A DNA stretch of 64,000 nt from Candidatus Eiseniibacteriota bacterium (lineage in GTDB: Bacteria; Eisenbacteria; RBG-16-71-46): positions 3,936,001 through 4,000,000 of the forward strand of contig OY970342.1 of the NCBI GenBank assembly GCA_963717505.1, written 5' to 3'. The position numbers and the translations under genes were made by a program. Of the stretch, positions 55,569 to 64,000 are shown piece after piece. Position 1 is the stretch's first letter. Every line of letters starts with the position of its first letter. A model generated the notes under the pieces. The model had not been told where the DNA came from. It made no database searches and worked only from the letters and a program-made list of their open reading frames with translations.

Positions 55569-56828
55569 ATGACGCCACCGTCCGCTCCGCTGCTGCTCGC
55601 AGCGCAACTTCTCCGCGCTGTGGTGGGGCCAGCTCATCTCGATCCTGGGCGAGCGCCTGACCTACCTCGCGCTGGTCGGCCTGCTCGCCCAGCACACCGG
55701 ACAGTTCTCGGAAGCCCGCTCCTCGCTGCTGCTCTCCCTGCTCGCCAACGTCATGCTGGCGCCGGTGCTGCTGTTCTCGCCGTTCACCGGCGCCTGGGTC
55801 GACCGCTGGAACCTGCGGCGCGTGCTCGTGATCTCCGACCTGTCCTGCGCTCGCTGCTGGTGATGCTGATCCCATTGCTCTACGCGGTCACCGCACCACA
55901 CCGGCCCGATGTTCGCGATCGTGTTCCTGATGTTCACCTGCAACGTGTTCTTCCTGCCGGCCAAGAGCGCGATCACGCCCGAGATCGTGCCGCGCGAGCA
56001 GCTGCTGGCCGCCAACGCGCTGCTCTCGGGCGCCGGGATCGTCGCCACCGCGGTCGGCGCGCTGTGCGGCGGCTGGATCGTCGACCACTGGGGCTGGCCG
56101 ACCGCGCTCTACATCAACGGCGTCACCTACCTGGTCTCGGTGGTCGCTCTGGCGATCATCTCCTACCCTCGCGCCGCGTCGGGCACGAGCTGCCGCGCAT
56201 GTCGCTGCGCGGCTACCTCACGGAGGTGACGAGGGCTGGGACATCGTGCGCCGCAATCCCACGGTCGGGCTGGCGCTCACCGCGCTCGCCGCGGTCTGGG
56301 TCGGCGGCGGGTTCCTGCACGTCGCGGGCAACCAGCACATCCAGCGCGCGGCGAGCACGCCGGGCATGGAGCGGGTCGGGGTGCTGATGTGCGTGCTCGG
56401 CCTCGGTGCGGCGCTCGGCACCTGGTGGGTCAACGCGCGCGGGCGCCGGCTGCCGAGCGGGCTGGTGCTCGGCGGTCGGTCTGCTGGTGGTCGGCGCGGC
56501 TCTCGTGGTGTTCGCGGTCTCGACTCGCTTCGCGGTGTTCGCCGGCATCGCGTTCCTGGTCGGCATCGCCGCGGCGCCGTCGTTCGTGCTGTCCGAGACG
56601 CTGCTCCAGGAAGGCACCGAAGCCCGCCAGCGCGGGCGCGTGTTCAGCGCGCGCGACTTCCTGATGCGCCTGGTGTTCCTGGTCGGGGTCACGGTCGCCG
56701 GAGTCGCGTCGCGCAATCTCGGGATCCAGGCTGCGCTGCTGATGTGCGCGGTGACGGTCGGCGGTGTGGGTGCGCTGTCGATCGCGATGGGGCGGCGGGC
56801 CGGCGCCGTTCCCCGCCCCGCTTCCTAG
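55569..56828 (+). CDS. MFS transporter (frameshifts)
   Basis: GAWVDRWNLRRVL motif A; RGRVFS; multi-TM. Confidence 0.82.
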
Positions 56829-59080
56829 ACCGAGACGCCGAGGATCTGCTCGCCGCCCAGCTCCAGGTAGTCGACCGCCGCCGCCCGGCGTCCCTCCTCG
56901 GCGCGGCGCACGATCTCGCCGAAGCGCGGCTCGCCGCGCAGGGAGTCGAGCCACGGATCGCACTTGAGCGGCGTCGGGCAGGTGAATCCCGCCTCGACCA
57001 CCTGCTCGAGCGTGTCGAGGGCGACCGGCAGGTTGCCGGCGCGCGCGAGCGCGCGGGCGGCCATGAAGATCCCTTCCGGGTCGGTGAACGGGTGCGTTCC
57101 GTCGATCAACGGGCGCAGCGCCTCGTAGCAGGCGACCGGGTCGCGCTCGTGCGCGGCGATCAGGGAACGCAACACCACGCGCACCACGAACGGCGCATCG
57201 TCGCTTGATAGCTTTCGGTAGATCTCGAGCGCTTCGTCGGTGCGGCCGAGCATGGGCAGCACGTAGTAGCGGATGAACGGATCCTCGCCGAACTCTTTGG
57301 CCTTCTCCCAGTCGCAGCGCAGCATGTGGGTGTAGAGCACGCTGGTCCGCGCCCCCGGGTCGAGCCGCTTGGCCGCGGCGTCGGCCGCGAGCGAGGCCTC
57401 CATCAGCCCGCAGTAACGGGTCGCGACCACCAGGCCGGAATAGAGATCCGGGTCCGACGGGCGGATCCGGGTCTGCGCCAGGAGCCGGCGGAGGGCGTCC
57501 CGGGACTGGCCGATCTCGACCTGGAAGTGCGTATAGAGGTGGTGGAGGATCGGCAGGTCCGGGCTCAGTTTCAGGGCGCGGTCGAAGCCTTCCCGGGCGC
57601 GCTCGATCAGGCGCGGACCCTCCGCCCCCGCCGAACCGTACTTGGCGATCACCCGGCACGCTCGCGCATGTCGCGCCCAGGCGGGCGCGAAGTTCGGGTC
57701 CTCGGCCAGCGCCGACTCGTAGAGCTGGCGCGCCAGGTCCATCTTGCCGGTGTCCGACATCTCTGCCAGTTGATTCGCGCGGAGATAGAACTCATAGGCG
57801 CGTGCGTTGGCCGGCTGGTCGTGTTGCAAGCGGTGCCGCTCACCGGTCGACAGCGGCACCGAAAGCGAGCCGACGATCGCCTGGGCCAGCTCGTCCTGGA
57901 GCTGGAAGAGATCCTGCATCGCGACCTGCGCGGTCTTGGACCACACGATGGTGCCGGCCGGCACCTCGACCAGTTGCGCGCTGACCCGCACCTGGTCGCC
58001 CGCGCGCAGCAGGGTGCCGAGCAGCACCGCGTCGACCTCGGCCTCGCTCGCCACCTTCTTGAGGTTGACCGCCTCGTCCGTGAAGCGCGCGGCGGCGTGG
58101 CTCGAGCGCACCACCATCGAGCCGAGTCCTGAGAGCGAGGCGGTCACCGCGTCGGGCAGACTGAACGCCAGGAAGTCGACTTCGGCGTCGGGTCGCAGCA
58201 TGCGGAACGGCAGCACGATCACGCGCTTCATCGCGCGCACTTCGTGCTGGGTTTTCGTGACGCCCGAGCCCTGGGTCAGGGCGCCGCGCAGCTCGCGCGC
58301 CATGTCGTCGGCCGAGTCGAAGCGATCTTCGCGGCGCTTGCTCAACGCACGATGCAGCACGCGGTCGACCGCGGTGACCGCCCCACCGCCGGCGAGCGCG
58401 GGCGGACGCTCGTGGAGCACGGCGTGGTAGATCTCGATGGCAGTCTCACCAACAAAAGCCGGGCGTCCGGTCAACATCTCGAACACGAGAGCACCAACCG
58501 CGAACAGGTCGGTGCGCGGATCGGCGGGTTCGCCGCGCCACTGTTCGGGCGCCATGTAGCGCGGTGTGCCCATGACGTAGCCCGGCTGGGTGAGCGTGGC
58601 GTCGCCGGCCGTGGTGGCACCCGGGCGTGCGAGACCGAAGTCCAGGAGCTTGATGCCGTGCGCGGTCAGGAACACGTTCGAGGGCTTCAAGTCGCGGTGG
58701 ACCACGTCGCGCTGATGCAGCGCCTGGAGCGCACCGAGGATCTCGAGCGCCAGCGGTACCGCCTCCTCGAGCGACAGGGGGCCGCGCGCGATGCGGTCGG
58801 TGAGTGGCTCGCCCTGGAGCCGCTCCATGGCCAGGAAGATCTCGTCGCCGTCCTCGCCGATCTCGTAGATCTGGCAGATGTTGGGGTGGCTGACGGCAGC
58901 CGCGGCGCGCGCCTCGCGCCACAGCCGGTTTCGCGCCTCGGCGTCGACCCCCGGGCGCACGGTCTTGATCGCCACCGAGCGGCCGAGTCGCTCGTCCATC
59001 GCTTCGTAGACGACGCCCATCCCGCCCTCGCCGAGCTGTCCGGTGATGCGGAAGCGCCCGATGCTGGTGCGCAAACTCAC
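56825..59080 (-). CDS. Hanks-type Ser/Thr kinase with TolB-like and TPR domains
   Basis: GEGGMGVV, HRDLKPSN, DFGLA, YMAPEQ; VLPF domain. Confidence 0.92.
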   Translation of the reverse strand: MSLRTSIGRFRITGQLGEGGMGVVYEAMDERLGRSVAIKTVRPGVDAEARNRLWREARAAAAVSHPNICQIYEIGEDGDEIFLAMERLQGEPLTDRIARGPLSLEEAVPLALEILGALQALHQRDVVHRDLKPSNVFLTAHGIKLLDFGLARPGATTAGDATLTQPGYVMGTPRYMAPEQWRGEPADPRTDLFAVGALVFEMLTGRPAFVGETAIEIYHAVLHERPPALAGGGAVTAVDRVLHRALSKRREDRFDSADDMARELRGALTQGSGVTKTQHEVRAMKRVIVLPFRMLRPDAEVDFLAFSLPDAVTASLSGLGSMVVRSSHAAARFTDEAVNLKKVASEAEVDAVLLGTLLRAGDQVRVSAQLVEVPAGTIVWSKTAQVAMQDLFQLQDELAQAIVGSLSVPLSTGERHRLQHDQPANARAYEFYLRANQLAEMSDTGKMDLARQLYESALAEDPNFAPAWARHARACRVIAKYGSAGAEGPRLIERAREGFDRALKLSPDLPILHHLYTHFQVEIGQSRDALRRLLAQTRIRPSDPDLYSGLVVATRYCGLMEASLAADAAAKRLDPGARTSVLYTHMLRCDWEKAKEFGEDPFIRYYVLPMLGRTDEALEIYRKLSSDDAPFVVRVVLRSLIAAHERDPVACYEALRPLIDGTHPFTDPEGIFMAARALARAGNLPVALDTLEQVVEAGFTCPTPLKCDPWLDSLRGEPRFGEIVRRAEEGRRAAAVDYLELGGEQILGVSV

Positions 59081-59108
59081 GCCAGTACGCAATGCCCGCA
59101 GTTCGGAG

Positions 59109-59615
59109 TCACTCGCTGGCCTCCCACGAAGGCAAATCGATGCCGAGTCGGTCGCGCAGCGCCTCGAGGAAGATCGCAGCCGGCGCGCCGGCGCCGGCTC
59201 GGGCGCGGTAGCGATCGAAGGCATTGAGCAAGATCGCACCATGGCGGGCGAACAACGCGCCTTCGGCATCGGCGGCGACCATCGCCTGTGCGCGCTGGTC
59301 ACCGATCTCCTCGATCGCGATGCGCGCCACGACCTCGGCCGAGCGGACGCCGAGGGGGTCGAACCCTTCGGCGGTCGCGCCTGGCGCAACGGCCGGTTCT
59401 GGCTTCGGGTCGGGCGACGAGCGGGCGAGCGCGGGGGGCTGCCGGGTTTCGTTTGGGTCCCGAGAACGCCTGAGATCGTACACGCGCTCGCAGCGCGGAC
59501 AACGGATTCGCGCCCCCGCCGGGCCCATGCGCTCGGCCGGCAGCGCGTAGACCGCGGCGCAGCCGGGACATTGGGTGACGAAGATCGGATCCTGGAGCGT
59601 GAACGGGGATGCCAT
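59109..59615 (-). CDS. MJ0042-type zinc-ribbon protein
   Basis: CPGC-X-RIRCPRC. Confidence 0.75.
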   Translation of the reverse strand: MASPFTLQDPIFVTQCPGCAAVYALPAERMGPAGARIRCPRCERVYDLRRSRDPNETRQPPALARSSPDPKPEPAVAPGATAEGFDPLGVRSAEVVARIAIEEIGDQRAQAMVAADAEGALFARHGAILLNAFDRYRARAGAGAPAAIFLEALRDRLGIDLPSWEASE

Positions 59616-59651
59616 CGGCGTGTCGATTCCTTCGGGATCGCGAGCGACGCT

Positions 59652-61779
59652 TCAGCCGGCGAGCGCCAGCTCGAGCGGCTCGCTGTACGACGCGAGCAGA
59701 ACCGCTCTCAGGTTCGCATGATCCGCGGAGCGCAGCAACGGGTCAGACACGACCGTGGAGTGCGCCGCGGCGTGCGCCTGCTCGAGCAGCTCCTGGTCCC
59801 TCGCCAGGTCGGCGAGCCGGAAGCGCGGAATCCCGCTCTGCCTCACCCCCCACAACTCGCCCGGGCCGCGCATCTCGAGGTCGGCTTCGGCGATCTCGAA
59901 GCCGTCCTCGGTGTTGGTCAGCACCTCCAGACGCTGTTGCGCGCGAGCGCCGAGGAACCTGGGCTCGGGATCAGCACGCACACCGAGCGCTCGCTGCCGC
60001 GCCCGACGCGCCCGCGCAGCTGGTGGAGCTGGGTCAGCCCGAATCGGTCCGCGTTCTCGACCACCATGACCGTCGCGTTGGCGACGTCGACGCCGACCTC
60101 GACCACCGTGGTTGCGACCAGGGCGTGGAGCCGCCCCGCCACGAAGCCGTCCATCACCGACTGCTTCTCGGCCGACTTGAGCCGCCCGTGGAGCAGTCCC
60201 AACCGGAACTTGGCGAGCAGCGGATGCTGCGACAAACGCTCGATACTCGGCTTCGGCGGCTTTGTGACCCTTGGTCGCTGCCGGACGCTCGCCCGGCTCC
60301 CCCTCTTCGATTAGAGGCACGACCACGAACGCCTGGCGCCCGGCCGTCGAGTTCCTTCGCCAAGAACTCGACCACCTGCGGGAACTTCTCCTCGCCCGCG
60401 ATCCGGGTGACCAGCCGCCCGCGACCCGCCGGACGCGCGCGCAGGCGGCTGACGTCGAGGTCGCCATAGGTGGCGAGCATCAACGTGCGCGGGATCGGGG
60501 TCGCAGTCAGCACCAGCACGTCCGGCAGCACGCTCTTCTTGGCCAGCACCGCGCGCTGGCGCACGCCGAAGCGATGCTGCTCGTCGACAATCGCCAGCGC
60601 GAGCTCGGGAATGCGCACCGTCTCTTCGAGCAACGCGTGCGTGCCGACCACCAGCATCGGGGTTTCGGCATCGAGCCGGGCCGCGATCGCGCGCCGCGCC
60701 TCGGTGGGTGTGCCGCCGGTCAGCATGGCGACGTCGACTCCGATTGCCGTGCCGAGCTTCGAAAGATTCAGGCCGTGCTGCCGCGCGAGGATCTCGGTCG
60801 GCGCCATGAACGCGACCTGGTGGCCGGCCTCGATCGCGTGCAGTGCGGCGAGGAAGGCGACGATGGTCTTGCCGCTGCCGACGTCCCCGAGCAGCAGCCG
60901 CTGCATCGGCCGCTCGCGGCGCAGATCGGCGACGATCTCAGTGAGTGCGGTGTCCTGGTCGGCAGTCAGCGTGAACGGCAGCGCTGCGCGCGCCCGCGCG
61001 GCGAGATCGCCCGAGGCATCGATCGCCAGGCCGCGCCCCGACTCGTCGAGCACGCGCCGGCGCAAATCGAGCACCGTCTGGAGCAGGAACAGCTCCTCGA
61101 ACGCCAGGTGGCGACGGGCTTCGGCCAGTGCCTGATCGCTTTCGGGAAAGTGGATCGCGGCGAGCGAGTCGGCGAGTGTGGGGAAGTTGTGCGCGGCGCG
61201 CACCGACGGTGGCAGCGGATCGGGCATGGTGTTCGCGAACCGGTCGATTGCCGTGCGCATGAAACGACGCATGCCGCGCGCGGTCAGCCCGCGGGTCAGG
61301 CCGTGCACCGGCACCAGGCGCCCCGCGTGGATCAACTGCGCGACCTCGTCCTCGACCACCTCGAACATCGGATTCGGCATGCGCCGGTCGAACGGGTCCA
61401 GCTCGCCGCTCAGCACGACCTGGGTGCCCGGCTTGAGCAGGCGCGAGAGGAACGGTTGGCCGAAGAAGTGACAGCCGAACGTGCCGGTGCCGTCGGTGAC
61501 CGAGATCGAGAAATCGGTGCGCCCGCCGCGCGTGCGGTGCGCGGCCGCGTGTATGACCGTGCCGACCACCGTGACCAGCCCGCCGGGCTTCAGGTCGGCG
61601 ACCTTCACGAAGCGGCGCGCGTCGAGGTAGGTGCGTGGGTAGTGTCGCAGCAGCTCGGCCACCGTACCGATGCCCAGCCGCTCGAAGGCCAGGGCGCGCT
61701 GGGGACCGACGCCCGGCAGGTACTGGATCCGGGTGTCGGCGGCGGGCGAGCGCGTCGGGGTCGCGTGGTCGACGGTCAT
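59652..61779 (-). CDS. recG: ATP-dependent DNA helicase RecG (frameshifts)
   Basis: [44 protein letters not shown]. Confidence 0.95.
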
Positions 61780-61959
61780 GGGCGCCCGCAAGGCTACACA
61801 TCGGCACGGGCGGCTGCACCCCGGGACCCTTTCTGGCCCCTTGGTACGTGAAACTACGGAGTCCCCGGTCACGGTCTTGTGGTATTCCGCGGTCATCTCG
61901 GGGAGTAAGATATTGCCCGTCGCACGTTCATACCCTATGGCTCACGACGGAGGTGTTCA

Positions 61960-63228
61960 ATGAACGGTCGCCTCGCGGTATTTGCCGTGGTGTTCACGCT
62001 CGCACTCCCGCCGGGACGCGCAGCATCAGAGGGCTACTGGTCGATCATCAACTCTGGCCCCGACCCCGGAAGTCTTTACGACCACTCTGCCATCTACGAC
62101 GCCCCGCGCGATCGGATGATGGTGTTTTCTCCGGGCGGAACATCGGTCCTGCCGATGAACTCTTACAGCTGGTCACCCCTCACGACGGCCGGACCCACGT
62201 TCCTCGTGCAGGGGGCGCACACCGCGATCTATGACCCCGTGCGCGACCGCGTGATTCTGTTCGGCGGCGGCACCAATGAGCTGGGGTCGCTCTCCCTTTC
62301 GGGAACGCCCACCTGGTCGCTCCTGGTCGCCTCTGGAACCCCGCCCGCGCCACGCGGCAACCACACGGCAATCTACGATCCCGTCGGTGACCGGATGATC
62401 GTGTTTGGCGGATCGGGTGCGGCGACATTCAATGACACCTGGGAGTTGGCTCTCTCGGGACCGACGCCGGTGTGGACGTTGTTGAGCCCTGCCGGCACGC
62501 CGCCATCACCGCGTTCCAATCACGCGGCGATCTACGACCCGGTGCGGCAGCGGATGATCGTCTTTGGCCCTGTCAACGCGGAAGTCTGGGCATTGAGCCT
62601 CGAGCCCGGAGGCTCACCGCAATGGACGGCACTCGCCCCTTCGGGAACGCCACCCCCATGGTCCTACGAATCGGTGGCGATCTACGAACCCCAGTACGAC
62701 CGCATGCTGGTTCACGGTGGAGGCCCTCTCTACCAGACCAATCAGTTGACGGAGCTCTCACTCACCGGCTCGCCCTCCTGGTCAATGGTCACACCCGACG
62801 CCGGCTACGGACGCGGCTACCACGCCGGCATCTATGACCCGATTCGCCATCGCCTGGTCATCCAGGGTGGCTACTATCAGGGAGGCGTCACCACGTTCAT
62901 CTGGCAACCATCGACCTGGGCGGTCACGTGGCCGGCGCCGGCCGCCGTCGAAAACGCTCCTTCATCGGTCGGCTTCCGCATTGCGGTCGTACCCAATCCC
63001 GCTGTGCGGCGTTTCTCCGTCGACTTCGTGCTACCGAGCCCTGGCCGCGCGGTGGTCGAACTGCTCGATCCCATGGGTCGCAGGCTCGAGGTTCGCGACC
63101 TCGCGACGGCCGCGGCCGGCAGGCACTCGGTGCCACTGGAAGGCAGGGGCCTCGAGCCCGGGGTCTACTGGGTGCGCGTGACGCAGGCAGGGCTCAGCTC
63201 AGCATCGCGAGTCGCCTTGATCGAGTAG
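61960..63228 (+). CDS. Secreted Kelch-repeat protein with T9SS-like C-terminal domain
   Basis: Repeated H.AIYDP...RMIVFGG; VVPNP...PGVYWVRV. Confidence 0.85.
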   Translation: MNGRLAVFAVVFTLALPPGRAASEGYWSIINSGPDPGSLYDHSAIYDAPRDRMMVFSPGGTSVLPMNSYSWSPLTTAGPTFLVQGAHTAIYDPVRDRVILFGGGTNELGSLSLSGTPTWSLLVASGTPPAPRGNHTAIYDPVGDRMIVFGGSGAATFNDTWELALSGPTPVWTLLSPAGTPPSPRSNHAAIYDPVRQRMIVFGPVNAEVWALSLEPGGSPQWTALAPSGTPPPWSYESVAIYEPQYDRMLVHGGGPLYQTNQLTELSLTGSPSWSMVTPDAGYGRGYHAGIYDPIRHRLVIQGGYYQGGVTTFIWQPSTWAVTWPAPAAVENAPSSVGFRIAVVPNPAVRRFSVDFVLPSPGRAVVELLDPMGRRLEVRDLATAAAGRHSVPLEGRGLEPGVYWVRVTQAGLSSASRVALIE

Positions 63229-63385
63229 CGTTCCTCTTCACGACTGATGACACGGCGGCTCGCGAATTACGCGGGCTGCCGCTCCGTTGCGTTCGAGCCC
63301 CGGGGCTGGTAGTTTCTTCGGCCATTCTCCGGCGGCCCTACGCTGCCGGGCGTGGCCGCCGAAGTGTTCTCAGGAGGTTGTTCTC

Positions 63386-63616
63386 GTGGCTCAACGCTGT
63401 CATGTCTGCGGTCGGGGCAAGATGTTCGGGAACAATGTGAGCCACGCTCACAACGTGACCAAGCGCGTCTTCAACCCGAACCTGCAGCGCGTCCGCGCCC
63501 TGATCAAGGGCACGGTCAAGACCATCGACGTCTGCACCCGCTGTCTGCGCAGCGGCAAGGTGGAGAAGGCCGCGCGCGGCCGCGGTCGTCCGCCCAAGGC
63601 TACGGTTCCGGCGTAG
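63386..63616 (+). CDS. rpmB: 50S ribosomal protein L28 (Zn-binding Cys form)
   Basis: CHVCG...[18 protein letters not shown]...VCTRCLRS. Confidence 0.95.
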   Translation: MAQRCHVCGRGKMFGNNVSHAHNVTKRVFNPNLQRVRALIKGTVKTIDVCTRCLRSGKVEKAARGRGRPPKATVPA

Positions 63617-63721
63617 GAGTCGGCGGCCCGACGTCGACCCGGGCACCCAAGACGGCCAGGCAACCTGAGAGCTCGGCGCCGGCGATGTGCAAAGGTTGGA
63701 CGGGATTCCCGGGGCGTCGCC

Positions 63722-64000
63722 TTACTTTCCCCAGGGGAACAGGTAGGTCGCGAACAACCGAAAGTCCATGGTGCGCGTCGCATTCGAAGGCACCGTGAGC
63801 GGGGCGCCGTTGAAGACGACCGTCCCGCCCTCGTTGATGTCGATCAGGCCGATGGCCGCCCGCCCGTCGAACATCAGGCGCTGCGCCGCGCCCACGGGGA
63901 AGCCGATCCCGGCGCCGAGATCCAGGCTCAGATCGTAGGGGCTGAACACGTCGTTGAAATCCACGGTTTCGTTCTCGGTGCCCTGAACCAGCTTGGCCTC
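63722..64000 (-). CDS. Outer-membrane beta-barrel (porin-family) protein, C-terminal fragment
   Basis: DLSLDLGAGIGF..FDGR..IGL...FATYLF. Confidence 0.55.
   Translation of the reverse strand, partial: EAKLVQGTENETVDFNDVFSPYDLSLDLGAGIGFPVGAAQRLMFDGRAAIGLIDINEGGTVVFNGAPLTVPSNATRTMDFRLFATYLFPWGK

Noticed and set aside
61960-62880. Repeated ATCTACGA/ATCTATGA motifs
   Set aside because: Explained by Kelch repeats (AIYDP) in the protein.

Overview
This is a high-GC bacterial chromosomal segment. The gene mix (T9SS-like C-terminal domains, Ser/Thr kinase-TPR proteins, MglA, Wzi) suggests an FCB-related lineage such as Ca. Eisenbacteria, which is my inference. It carries housekeeping genes (dapE, ygfZ-like, groEL, coaX, tatC, birA, nadC, uvrB, valS, trpA, recG, rpmB), envelope and glycan genes, a MntA-HepT toxin-antitoxin pair and a putative mobile HNH gene. 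Many genes have single-base frameshifts that look like long-read errors. The most striking feature, at about 38-53.4 kb, is a flagellar-type regulatory cascade with no flagellar structural gene in the window. It includes csrA, a FlgM-like protein, a PAS kinase, a sigma54 activator, a sigma54 promoter, flhG, fliA, a GGDEF protein and a hybrid kinase. Four correctly spaced sigma28 promoters point at csrA-flgM, mglA, an unknown protein and an unannotated 18-aa peptide. No rRNA, tRNA or CRISPR array was seen.
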